This document shows, one piece after another, positions 6,789 to 15,895 of a DNA stretch of 24,000 bases; position 1 is the stretch's first letter, and each line of letters starts with the position of its first letter. The stretch covers positions 25,732-49,731 of the forward strand of contig NZ_JHZA01000010.1 in assembly GCF_000621165.1 (NCBI RefSeq). The letters run 5' to 3'. The stretch is from Enterovibrio calviensis DSM 14347 (GTDB lineage: Bacteria; Pseudomonadota; Gammaproteobacteria; Enterobacterales; Vibrionaceae). Made by a program: the position numbers and the translations under genes. Under the pieces are notes generated by a model that was not told where the DNA came from, did no database searches, and worked only from the letters and a program-made list of their open reading frames with translations.

Positions 6789-9700
6789 CTACTGTTCGAG
6801 CGTAATGTTTCTCACGCGATAGATAACGCCTGCTTGAGATGCATCCCATTCAGCTAACGTCGCAAAGGGCTTGTTCACCTTGGTGATGTCCAAAGCGCCT
6901 GTGTTTAGCTCTGAAACTGGCACGGAAATTTGATGCCATTCTCCGGTGGCCAAATACCCCAAAGGATAATCGTTACCCGAGCCTGCCGTGGACTCCATTT
7001 TTACCACAATACTGTCACTTTGGGTTTCGCCAGAGTTCGCTGGTGTGCCATAGCTTTCGACATAGATGTCGAACGTCAGTTGCCCAGAAGTGAAATTGAC
7101 CAAGTTGTGGTTTTCCCCTTGCACCAGCACTAATCCTTTGAAGAACTCAGGGCTGTTAGGGTCATAGCTGACAGTGAACTCGTGGGTCGTATCCGACGGA
7201 TCGTTGCCTGATACCATGACATGATCTTCAAGACCTTCCCACGTGTCAGTTCGTGCCTGCCATGTCACGAGGTTGGGTTCCCACGCTTCCCAGACATCAA
7301 CCGTGTCGCCTTCTAGCGGCGGCAATGTCGGCGCTTTCAGATCGTCACAACTGATGGCATCGTCAGCAGGGTCAATGCTTTTTGGCACGAAACGAACTTC
7401 ACCAAGGTTAAATTCCACCTCTTGGTCTGCGTAAATCAGGAATGGCGTATTGAGGATAGAAAAGGCCATGCCTTCATCCGCGAAACATTCAAGCGGGATC
7501 TTAATGGTGGTCCATTGCGTTTCGTCAGCACCGGTTGGTGCAGGCAGCACTTTGTGGACAGGCACTTGTCCCAAGCATGGCCATTGACAGTGAAGCGCGA
7601 GCACCATGCTATCTGGCGCTTGAGATTTCATGTCGATGTCGAATTGCAGTGTGGCATCCGCGTTGAGGTAGCTTTGTTTATCAACCGTCTGCTCATCAGG
7701 TGTCTGCATGTACACTTGTGCAGGCGCTTCACCGGTAAACTTCACGTTGATCGCATCTTGTTGATGCAGGTGATCGATAGGTGTCGTAGTGATTGAACCA
7801 ATGCTTGTCGGCGTACCGTTTGACACAGTGACACCCGCCCAACCGTTTGACGAGCCAGCAATACGCGGCACGAATTCGTCCGATGCAGAGCGACCGAAGA
7901 TCTCAAGGTTGTTGGTTGCGATACCGTTATCTGGCGCATCTAAGCCACAGCCATACTCACGTGGGTCGAGAGGAATATTATCGAGATCAGTGGTGACCTT
8001 GCTGCTCTTTTTCTTGCTGTAAGACAGGCCATAGCCATAAGCAAAGAGCGGGGCATGATCGCCTTCAATATCTTGTTCCATCTCTGGCGTTTCATAATCC
8101 ATCAGGTTTGGCGCTTTGCGATTGATGGTGGTTGCGCACTTGGTATTAGGCCAAGAGAACGAGAGGCGACCACGAAAATCTTGACGATTTTCGCGGAACA
8201 ACACATCCGTGATACCGCCAGCTTCTGTGCCGGGCAGCCATGCGGCGATAAAGGCATCAGAGTGGTTGATCTCGTCGTTCACATACAAAGGGCGACCGGA
8301 ATAGAACACGGTGACGACTTTCATACCGCGCTCTTTGAGTGATTTGATCAACCGAAGATCTGCACCATAAGCTGATTTCAACGTGGCGTATTCAAGGGTT
8401 TTGGTTGCGTTGATATCACCAAACATTTCGGCGTAAGGGTCTTCACCAATCACAACGACCGCAATGGCGTCATCGGGCGCGGCGTCGGCATCGGTATAAA
8501 CATTGTCTTCACCCACTTGGTCTTGCATGGCCATCAGCATGGTGGTTGCACCCGGGAAATCATTCTCTAGGGTGTTCTCAGTGCCTTGCCAGGTGAGCGA
8601 CCAACCGCCGGTTTGTTTCTGAATATTGTGCGCCGCGCTACCAAGCACTAAGTAAGATTGATTGTTTGAAAGAGGCAGCACTTTATCTTTGTTTTTCAGC
8701 AGTACAAGGGATTCGCTCACCGCAGTCCGCGCCAATTTGCGGTGTGCGTCAGAGCCCAAGATCTCTTGCTTACCTGCAAGGCGACGAAGCGAAGGCTGTG
8801 GTTTTTCCCATAGATTTGCCCGCATTTTCACGCGCAAAATACGGGTGACAGCGTCATCAATGCGAGACATAGGAATGGTGCCGTCGTTCACTTGGTCAAT
8901 CACATTGCGATAGAAAGCTTGCCAATCTTTGCGGGCGGTGACCATGAAGATGTCGTTGCCTGCTAGAACTGCCTGAGGGCAATTACCGGCGGTACAGCCA
9001 TTGATTTCACTGTGGCCGTTCCAGTCAGTCACGACCAGCCCATCAAAGCCCATTTTGTCTTTCAACACATCGTTGACGATGTATTTGCTGCCGTGAAGTT
9101 TCTTGTTGTAGTTGTCAGTTCCCATGACGTCATAGTTGGCGTCGTTGTCCCAGGAATTGAACGAGGTCATGACCACTTGTGCGCCCGCGTCCAAGCCAGA
9201 AAAATAGCCCGTGGCGTGAATGTTGCGCAAATACTCTTCGGTGTATTCATTTGAACCACGGTCAGCCCCTTTAGTGGTGCCGCCGTCACCAAGCCAATGC
9301 TTCACATTGGAGATGACATGATTTTCACTCTTCAGCCCACTCACGCCACCTTGTAAGCCTTCAACCATTTGCGATGCGTATTGATAGATGATTTCAGGGT
9401 CTTCAGAGTAGCCCTCGTAAACACGTCCCCAGCGATAATCACGTGGGGCGGCAACGGTGGGGGCGAATGTCCAATCGAGGCCAGTGGCAGCGACTTCTTC
9501 TGCGGTGGCTTGGCCGATTTTCTTGATCAACGCTGGATTGTTAGCCGCACCGAGTCCGATATTGTGGGGGAAGACGGTCGCGCGGAACACATTGTTGTGC
9601 CCGTGAACAGCATCGGTCGCCCACATGAATGGAATACGAAAACCGCGGTCGGCGTAGCCTTCTTCTAATGCTAAGTAGTATTTGTCGGCTTCATCCGCCC

Positions 9701-10013
9701 AGTCTTGGGCGGTGGCGTATTTGTTGCCATCAGGCCAACCGCCGCCGCCATTGAGGATGGAACCGAGTTTGTATTCTTTGGCTTCTTCCGGTGTCACGCT
9801 GCGCAGATCAGGCTGGATCATTTGCCCGACTTTCTCTTCCAGCGTCATTTGCACCAGAATGTCCGACACACGTTGCTCGATTTCAGGGTCTTTCGGAATC
9901 GCACTGTTTATCTGTGGCCAGTCTGGGAAGTAAGGTACTTTTGATTCGTAAAAGCAGCCAGACAAAATGGCCAACGAGGTCACTCCTAACACGATGATTT
10001 TTCCTTTGAGCAT
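6789..10013 (-). CDS. glycoside hydrolase family 3 beta-glucosidase / glucan 1,4-beta-glucosidase (ExoP-like), lipoprotein, with ~410-aa C-terminal extension
   Basis: 1074 aa. Lipobox LAILSGC. GH3 signatures EEKVGQMIQPD, RIPFMWATDAVHGH and KMGFDGLVVTDWNGH (Asp nucleophile context), plus a GH3 C-terminal domain running to ...FAYGYGLSY (~nt 8030). The remaining ~410 aa is beta-rich and looks like carbohydrate-binding domains. SD GGAGGGG lies 6 nt before ATG 10013. Confidence 0.9.
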   Translation of the reverse strand: MLKGKIIVLGVTSLAILSGCFYESKVPYFPDWPQINSAIPKDPEIEQRVSDILVQMTLEEKVGQMIQPDLRSVTPEEAKEYKLGSILNGGGGWPDGNKYATAQDWADEADKYYLALEEGYADRGFRIPFMWATDAVHGHNNVFRATVFPHNIGLGAANNPALIKKIGQATAEEVAATGLDWTFAPTVAAPRDYRWGRVYEGYSEDPEIIYQYASQMVEGLQGGVSGLKSENHVISNVKHWLGDGGTTKGADRGSNEYTEEYLRNIHATGYFSGLDAGAQVVMTSFNSWDNDANYDVMGTDNYNKKLHGSKYIVNDVLKDKMGFDGLVVTDWNGHSEINGCTAGNCPQAVLAGNDIFMVTARKDWQAFYRNVIDQVNDGTIPMSRIDDAVTRILRVKMRANLWEKPQPSLRRLAGKQEILGSDAHRKLARTAVSESLVLLKNKDKVLPLSNNQSYLVLGSAAHNIQKQTGGWSLTWQGTENTLENDFPGATTMLMAMQDQVGEDNVYTDADAAPDDAIAVVVIGEDPYAEMFGDINATKTLEYATLKSAYGADLRLIKSLKERGMKVVTVFYSGRPLYVNDEINHSDAFIAAWLPGTEAGGITDVLFRENRQDFRGRLSFSWPNTKCATTINRKAPNLMDYETPEMEQDIEGDHAPLFAYGYGLSYSKKKSSKVTTDLDNIPLDPREYGCGLDAPDNGIATNNLEIFGRSASDEFVPRIAGSSNGWAGVTVSNGTPTSIGSITTTPIDHLHQQDAINVKFTGEAPAQVYMQTPDEQTVDKQSYLNADATLQFDIDMKSQAPDSMVLALHCQWPCLGQVPVHKVLPAPTGADETQWTTIKIPLECFADEGMAFSILNTPFLIYADQEVEFNLGEVRFVPKSIDPADDAISCDDLKAPTLPPLEGDTVDVWEAWEPNLVTWQARTDTWEGLEDHVMVSGNDPSDTTHEFTVSYDPNSPEFFKGLVLVQGENHNLVNFTSGQLTFDIYVESYGTPANSGETQSDSIVVKMESTAGSGNDYPLGYLATGEWHQISVPVSELNTGALDITKVNKPFATLAEWDASQAGVIYRVRNITLEQ

Positions 10014-10419
10014 GATGCCCCTCCGAGGGTCTTCTGTTGTCTTTCGACTGAGTACTCAATATTCGAATAAACCTGAAAGCGCTTTCTTGTTTGATCAAAT
10101 ACTCCCTCGAGTACGCCGTTTGTTTTGACAGCCAAATTTCAGATTACGGAAAAGTGACGCCAGAACTCTGGGCAATGGTAGGAGCAAACTCATACATTAA
10201 ACATAGTTAAAGAGTGAAACATGGTAGCGTATTTACTCTACGCAACACTTTCTCAATAGAGGGAATAGCGGTGTTAAATAAAACAAGACATATAGCATTG
10301 AAATATAGGCAATCTGTTGAGTTATAAATGGCGCGAATTTGGAATGTAAGGTAATTAAAACAAACGATTAAGGCGTGGTGAGAGGGCAGACAATCATGGT
10401 GTTACCTGTGGTAACAGGA

Positions 10420-10459
10420 GAAGAAAACAAAGAAGCCCGACGCTTGCCGGAGCTTCTTT
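10420..10459 (-). terminator. candidate terminator downstream of manA
   Basis: Stem aaagaagc (10429-10436) / gcttcttt (10452-10459). On the minus strand it is followed by gttttcttc. The loop is long (15 nt), so support is only moderate. Confidence 0.4.
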
Positions 10460-10552
10460 AGACTTAAGGTGTTAGGTTGCAAGCCTGTGAGGGGGGCACA
10501 GACCTGCGGTATTTAGGTGGTTAGAGACATGGGAAAACCCATGGCTCAATGA

Positions 10553-11752
10553 TTAATTAAATGCGCGTGCAAATGAACCGCTGCAAGTCACTGAGTATTC
10601 GCCAACAAACGCCGGTACAAACACAGATTCACCTTTCTGCAAAGTGACAGTTTCACCGTTGGCGTGAGACACCGTCATTGGTGCATCAATGGCCATGAGA
10701 ATTTCTGCGCTGGTGGTATGCAGACGCTCGTTCTCGGTTTGCTGGTAAACACCGAAGTTAAAATCAGGCACCGGGATAGGGTAGAGCTTCACATTGCCTT
10801 TGCCACTAGCATCCGAGCTTGGAGAAAGAAGAATGGTGTCTTTTGGCATTGGCACACAGCGTGTGCAAGCGACGAGCTCTTCAACATCCATATGCTTTGG
10901 CGTTAAGCCTGCGCGCAATACGTTGTCTGAATTTGCCATGATTTCAAGGCCAGTGCCTTTGATGTAAGCGTGAGGGGTACAGGCATCCAAGAACATCGCT
11001 TCGCCTGGCTGAAGCGTTAACGTATTCAGGATCAACGGCGAGAATAGGCCGATGTCGCCAGGGTATTGCTCAGACAATGTCAGCAATAGCGCAAACAGTT
11101 CGTCAGTTTGATTATCCGCCGCGAACGCCAGTAGTTCGTTCACTGCCTGTTCTTTCTGTTCGCCTTCTAATGACAGTAAGGCTTCAAAGAATGCACTTAG
11201 CCCTTGCTCGTTTTGGTTGGCATCAAGATTGGCAATCAACTCGGAAAGCACATCAATGTTGAGCTGGTGGAAGAAGGCCAGAATTTCTGCGTAATCGCGG
11301 AAGCCATTCATCGCCGTGTATGAGGTCAGGGCGTAAACCAATTCAGGTTTATGGTTCGGGTCTTTGTAATTGCGCACGCTCGCCGTTAGGGGAATACCTG
11401 CTGCTTCTTCTTTAGCAAAGCCGGCTTCTGCTTGCGCTTTGCTTGGGTGAACTTGAACGGATAGGGCTTTTTCTGCACATAACACTTTGAACAAGTAAGG
11501 CAACTCACCAAAAGTTTCTGCGGTTTTCGCGCCAATCACAGCAGCCATGTCTTTGTTGATGAAGTCAGAAAGCAGGGTTTCTTGACCATCAACAAGAATG
11601 GTTGAGCAACCGTTTGGATGAGCGCCCATCCAGATTTCAGCTTGTGGCTTGTTCTCTGGGTTTGCCATGCCAAACAAAGTATTTAGGGAGGAGTAGCTGC
11701 CCCAAGCGTAATCTTGAATCACATTGTTTAGAGGATAAAAGTATGCAGTCAT
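10553..11752 (-). CDS. manA: mannose-6-phosphate isomerase, class I
   Basis: Matches the E. coli ManA hallmarks as I recall them: YAWGS, LSVQVHPSK (Zn ligands), PELVYALT, PHAYIKGTGLEIMANSDNVLRAGLTPKH. The ORF track starts at 11773. I prefer the internal ATG 11752 (MTAYFYPLNNVIQDYAWGS) because it aligns with the ManA N-terminus. Neither start has a strong SD. Confidence 0.9.
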   Translation of the reverse strand: MTAYFYPLNNVIQDYAWGSYSSLNTLFGMANPENKPQAEIWMGAHPNGCSTILVDGQETLLSDFINKDMAAVIGAKTAETFGELPYLFKVLCAEKALSVQVHPSKAQAEAGFAKEEAAGIPLTASVRNYKDPNHKPELVYALTSYTAMNGFRDYAEILAFFHQLNIDVLSELIANLDANQNEQGLSAFFEALLSLEGEQKEQAVNELLAFAADNQTDELFALLLTLSEQYPGDIGLFSPLILNTLTLQPGEAMFLDACTPHAYIKGTGLEIMANSDNVLRAGLTPKHMDVEELVACTRCVPMPKDTILLSPSSDASGKGNVKLYPIPVPDFNFGVYQQTENERLHTTSAEILMAIDAPMTVSHANGETVTLQKGESVFVPAFVGEYSVTCSGSFARAFN

Positions 11753-11831
11753 TTTTATTCTTAGGCTCGTCATTTAACTGGGCGAAATTCTACCAGAAGA
11801 TAAACAGGGGATGGGTGCTTCAACGCAAAGA

Positions 11832-11856
11832 ATGCTCCCTAAACATTAGGGAGCAT
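11832..11856 (-). other. perfect 10-bp stem-loop in the EIIABC-manA intercistronic gap
   Basis: atgctcccta-aacat-tagggagcat. On the minus strand it is followed only by a weak T tract (tctttgcgtt). More likely an mRNA processing/stability element or a partial terminator than a full terminator. Confidence 0.4.
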
Positions 11857-11868
11857 AGAGTGTGTTGA

Positions 11869-13785
11869 TTACGCTGCGTTAGCTGTCGCCACGTCTTGTT
11901 GTGCCTTCGCTTGGCGCATTTTCTTCAGTGATACTGCAACCAGAGCGGTAACAATCGCACCTGCCGCCATACAAGCCAGAGCAAGCACAGGTTTGTTCAT
12001 CGCACCAAGAAGCGCAACCACTGGACCACCGTGTGCCACGCTGTTAGTGATACCGAATGAGAAGGCCATAACCGCTGCAACCATTGAGCCGATAACGTTC
12101 GCTGGAATCACTGACATTGGATCTTGCGCTGCGAATGGAATCGCACCTTCAGAGATACCTACCAGACCCATAGCGCCTGATGCTTTACCCGCTTCAATTT
12201 CTGAATCTTCAAAGATGTTGAATTTGCGACCAATCACAGTGGCCAGTGCCATACCAAGCGGAGCCACAGGGATTGCACAAGCCATCGCACCCATGAATTG
12301 TGTTTGACCACTTGCAATCATGCCAACCGAGAACAGGAATGCCACTTTGTTGAATGGACCACCCATGTCAAAACCTGCCATGCCACCCAGCACGATACCA
12401 AGAAGGATAACGTTGCCTGAGCTCATGTTGGTTAGCATTGCGTTCAAACCTTCCATCAGACCCGCAATAGGCGCGCCGATAACGAAGATGAACAAACTCG
12501 CAATGAACAAGCTACCCGCGATAGGTGCGATCATGATTGGAACAAGAGGCTGAATGAACTTGTGGTAGTCGCGTGTCGCAATCCACTTCACAAAGTAACC
12601 GACCAAAAGACCAGCAACGATAGCACCGATAAAGCCCGTGCCTGCTTCTGCGCCGTAGAACGAGCCATTGTTCGCAATCCAGCCGCCAATCAAGCCAGGA
12701 GCAAGACCCGGACGATCAGCAATGGCGTAAGCAATGTAACCAGACAGAATAGGGATCATCAGGGTGAACGCGACCACGCCCACATCCAGCACTTTGTTCC
12801 ACAGGCTATCTGGTGGAATCGCCATGCCAGCTTCCGTCGGTTGACCACCAATGGCCAATGCCAATGCGATTAACAGACCGCCCGTCACAACGAATGGGAT
12901 CATGTGAGACACGCCATTCATCAGGTAGCGATACAAATCAGAGCGCGCTTGTGACGCTTTGCTTTCGCCTGAATTGGTCGCGTTGTCGTCCGCAGAGGCA
13001 ACATATTCTGGTGCTTGCACTGCTTGATTGATCAAGCCTTTCGCATCTTTGATTGGGGCTTTAACGCCAGTTTTAATCAAACGTTTGCCAGCAAAGCGCG
13101 CCATGTCGACTTGCTTATCACAGCTGACAATAATGGCTTCCGCACGCGCAATTTCTTCGGCGGTTGGGCTGTTTTTTACGCCAATCGAGCCGTTAGTTTC
13201 GACTTTCATTTCGTAGCCAAGCGCAGCTGCACCTTTTTCAAGCGCTTCTGCGGCCAGATAGGTATGAGCGACACCCGCAGGGCAGCCCGTTACACCAATC
13301 AACAAACCTTTGTTCGCTTCAGGTGAGTCTTCTTGCGCTTTTTTCTCTAGTAGCAAAGCCAATGCTTGCGCAGAGTTTTCCGCATTCATGAATTGGTCGA
13401 TGAAACCGTCTTCAATCAACTTGGAAGATAGCTCAGCCAACACTTCAATATGGTGGTTAGCGCCGCCATCAGGCGAAGCAATCATGAAAAAGAGTTTAGA
13501 AGGTTGACCGTCTTCAGCACCGTACTCGATACCTTGACGGCTGATGCCGATAGCAACAGCAGGCTCAATGACCGCAGCACTTTTCGCGTGAGGAAGGGCA
13601 ACGCCATCCTCAAAGCCAGTATTACCTAGCTCTTCACGCGCATGAATATCTGCCAGAAATTGCTGTTTGTCGTTGACTCGACCTTGAGCGTGAAGCAGTT
13701 CGATCATCTCGATAAATACCGCTTCTTTGGTTGTTGCACTCAGGTTCAGGCAAATCAGATTTTCATTGATTAGCTTTGTAATCAT
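11869..13785 (-). CDS. PTS fructose-family EIIABC transporter (EIIA-EIIB-EIIC), probably mannose-specific given linkage to manA
   Basis: EIIA(Fru/Mtl type) MITKLINENLICLNL...GVALPHAKS. EIIB LLIGVTGCPAGVAHTYLAAEALEK (Cys site). A long polytopic EIIC follows. The true start is taken as ATG 13785 (M64 of the tracked ORF) with SD AGGGG 8 nt upstream. The same arrangement with manA and an AraC regulator is what I recall for the V. cholerae VC1825-VC1827 mannose locus. Confidence 0.88.
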   Translation of the reverse strand: MITKLINENLICLNLSATTKEAVFIEMIELLHAQGRVNDKQQFLADIHAREELGNTGFEDGVALPHAKSAAVIEPAVAIGISRQGIEYGAEDGQPSKLFFMIASPDGGANHHIEVLAELSSKLIEDGFIDQFMNAENSAQALALLLEKKAQEDSPEANKGLLIGVTGCPAGVAHTYLAAEALEKGAAALGYEMKVETNGSIGVKNSPTAEEIARAEAIIVSCDKQVDMARFAGKRLIKTGVKAPIKDAKGLINQAVQAPEYVASADDNATNSGESKASQARSDLYRYLMNGVSHMIPFVVTGGLLIALALAIGGQPTEAGMAIPPDSLWNKVLDVGVVAFTLMIPILSGYIAYAIADRPGLAPGLIGGWIANNGSFYGAEAGTGFIGAIVAGLLVGYFVKWIATRDYHKFIQPLVPIMIAPIAGSLFIASLFIFVIGAPIAGLMEGLNAMLTNMSSGNVILLGIVLGGMAGFDMGGPFNKVAFLFSVGMIASGQTQFMGAMACAIPVAPLGMALATVIGRKFNIFEDSEIEAGKASGAMGLVGISEGAIPFAAQDPMSVIPANVIGSMVAAVMAFSFGITNSVAHGGPVVALLGAMNKPVLALACMAAGAIVTALVAVSLKKMRQAKAQQDVATANAA

Positions 13786-13914
13786 GAAGTCACCCCTAAA
13801 TGAATAGTTCTTATTGATGGCGTAAGCCGATGTGACTATTTTCGAGGTATTGCCCCAAATCAGATAGAGCAGAGAAAAGGCTTTTGCTGGATTTTTGTAA
13901 CACTGGATTCCTGA

Positions 13915-13930
13915 TGTGATCATACTCTCA
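13915..13930. promoter_or_regulatory. CRP-like site (TGTGA-N6-TCTCA) in the EIIABC/AraC divergent region
   Basis: TGTGA 13915-13919, a 6-nt spacer, TCTCA 13926-13930. One mismatch to the TGTGA-N6-TCACA core. About 135 bp upstream of the EIIABC start. Confidence 0.3.
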
Positions 13931-14177
13931 CTGTAATACGTTTGATGGATTACGTGAATTTTTTGTAAATTCAAATATATTACATGTAGTTATGCTAATT
14001 CTTATCGATGGACTATAAACGGAATGGACGATTGGAAATAATTGTCGCTAGAAATAAGTAACAGAGATTTGATGTGTTGGAGGACTGTTTTGTTGAGCTG
14101 GTTCACGCTATTGAGTGATATCTCAGAGAATGGTTAGCAGTGCGTGCAGGGTGGTCGCATAATCGCCTCGTTAAAAT

Positions 14178-14220
14178 ACCCAAGCGACTTGAATCCTGCA
14201 TCTTCAGGTCGTTTGGGTAT
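14178..14220. repeat. REP-like ~40-bp palindromic element, copy 2 (inverted relative to copy 1)
   Basis: acccaagcgacttgaatcctgcatcttcaggtcgtttgggtat. The arms acccaagcgac / gtcgtttgggt pair with one mismatch. Lies 15 bp upstream of the AraC ORF. Confidence 0.6.
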
Positions 14221-14234
14221 TCTAATGCGGATTT

Positions 14235-15104
14235 ATGGGGCAATCGATGAGTCAGGTTTTTCAGCTGTTATTGGAGAATTTGCTGACAGAGCGTGAGAAC
14301 TTCAACCGAATCTGGTTCGCCAGCGACCAAGTCACACCGCCTCCGTTCAGCTATCAGGTGAATTTTCCGCGTTTAGAATTGGTGATCAGTGGGGAATACC
14401 CCAACCAACTCGAAAACCCAGATAAAACCATCAGTGAAGTGAAGTTGCTGGCGGGCGACGCACTGTATGTGCCACCCAACAGCTGGAATCAGCCAAATTG
14501 GGACACCGATTGCTCGGTACTGAGTTTGCTATTTGGAAAGCGACAGCTGGGGTTTAGCTTGGTGAGTAAAGCCAAGAATCAGCCCGGCTTCTATGATGTG
14601 CAGAAATTCAGTATTCAAACGCGAACCGGACATGCCCTCGACCATATTCTCAGCGCCCTGAACACCTTGGCGACCGAGCCGGTAAGAAAGCCAATGGATG
14701 AACATTTGCTGCATGCGCTGTTGAGCTATTGCCAACAAATGTTAGCGTCGCCAGTGGCTGGCACACGCAACCGCGTGGAAGATCTCTACCAAGGTATTTG
14801 CATTTATATTCAAGAGAACTTCCACCGCCAAATTACACGGGAATCTATCGCTCAGCGCTTTACCATGACGCCCAACCACCTTTCGCGTTTGTTCCGCCAA
14901 CAAGGCCACATGCGAATGGCAGACTACATTACGTGGGTGAGGATTGATCGCGCCAAGTTCATGTTGAAACGCTACGATTTTCGTTTGAATGAAGTCGCAA
15001 CACGCTGTGGCTTCCAAGATGTGAATTACTTTTATCGCGTCTTTAAATCGAAAACAGGCATGACGCCCTCGGAATATCGAGGCGAGAACAAATCGTTTAC
15101 TTAG
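14235..15104 (+). CDS. AraC-family transcriptional regulator
   Basis: 289 aa. C-terminal double HTH typical of AraC/XylS (RESIAQRFTMTPNHLSRLFRQQ...LNEVATRCGFQDVNYFYRVFKSKTGMTPSEYR) and an N-terminal cupin-like sensing part. An alternative start at ATG 14247 has a GGGG SD-like run upstream. Confidence 0.9.
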   Translation: MGQSMSQVFQLLLENLLTERENFNRIWFASDQVTPPPFSYQVNFPRLELVISGEYPNQLENPDKTISEVKLLAGDALYVPPNSWNQPNWDTDCSVLSLLFGKRQLGFSLVSKAKNQPGFYDVQKFSIQTRTGHALDHILSALNTLATEPVRKPMDEHLLHALLSYCQQMLASPVAGTRNRVEDLYQGICIYIQENFHRQITRESIAQRFTMTPNHLSRLFRQQGHMRMADYITWVRIDRAKFMLKRYDFRLNEVATRCGFQDVNYFYRVFKSKTGMTPSEYRGENKSFT

Positions 15105-15895
15105 GAGACTGAGTGAAACGGCACGTTAAGCGCGTTGAGAATGATGAGCTCAAGCACATCGGTTTGCTTGTTTTCCGTGAGGTAGCGGCAAAAATCGGCT
15201 TCAATCAGCTGTTGAGAAAAACCAGAAAACGCCACCAATTGTTCGCGCACAGGGGGTGTAGGTAGCATTAACCCAATCACACAGCGCACTGCGCCGCGTT
15301 GAGACGCCCAATCGAGAGGTGATCGTGTTGTGGCAATCATCAAGTGTGCCTTGGTGACACCATTGGTTATCACGTGAGGGAGCGCAATGCCGTTTCCCAT
15401 GCCAGTCGAAGAGACCGTTTCTCGCTTATATAGCGCATCAAACAAGCCCTCGTCATGCTCCTTCGCCCTTTGTTTGTGTTCATCTATCGCGACCAGCAAA
15501 GCAAACTGTGCCAACAGCCCATGTTTATCATGTTCTGTATTAGCGACTCTGTGGATGGTGCAGGAAAAAGGTAAGGTTTCGTGTTCAGATGGGACGATAG
15601 GGGTTGACGACTTCCCGCCTGAAATCAATATCGCATTTTCATCAATGAAATCGGTTAACACCATGGAAGCCAGTTCGGCGTCATTGCCTTCAATTTGAAG
15701 CTGACAGAGATCGTTCGGAAGGACGCTGAGACTGAGAACATGCATCGGCTGTTCGGCGTTGGCAGATTTACGTTGTGACAGATTCACAAACACAGTGACC
15801 GAGCGGAAATGTCCCGCCAACGTCTTTAAACGGTTCAGCCTCCATGCTGGTAATCCTTCTTTGCCAATAAAGAAGGTGATCCGTCGTGTGATCAT
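15101..15895 (-). CDS. fusion of a His-less HPr-like domain with a PTS EIIA (Fru/Mtl/Ntr type) domain
   Basis: The N-terminal ~90 aa align by eye to HPr (ITFFIGKEGLPAWRLNRLKTLAGHFRSVTVFV...QLQIEGNDAELASMVLTDFI versus E. coli [30 protein letters not shown]...ISAEGEDEQKAVEHLVKLM). The His15 position is Pro (GLP). The C-terminal half is PTS_EIIA_2 with GNGIALPHV. The ATGA overlap with the upstream EIIB gene suggests translational coupling. Confidence 0.8.
   Translation of the reverse strand: MITRRITFFIGKEGLPAWRLNRLKTLAGHFRSVTVFVNLSQRKSANAEQPMHVLSLSVLPNDLCQLQIEGNDAELASMVLTDFIDENAILISGGKSSTPIVPSEHETLPFSCTIHRVANTEHDKHGLLAQFALLVAIDEHKQRAKEHDEGLFDALYKRETVSSTGMGNGIALPHVITNGVTKAHLMIATTRSPLDWASQRGAVRCVIGLMLPTPPVREQLVAFSGFSQQLIEADFCRYLTENKQTDVLELIILNALNVPFHSVS

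Noticed and set aside
13786-13974. 63-codon N-terminal extension of the PTS EIIABC ORF in the track (start 13974).
   Set aside because: The EIIA domain begins at MITKLINEN (ATG 13785), which has an AGGGG SD. The extension is AT-rich promoter-like sequence with no homology to PTS proteins.
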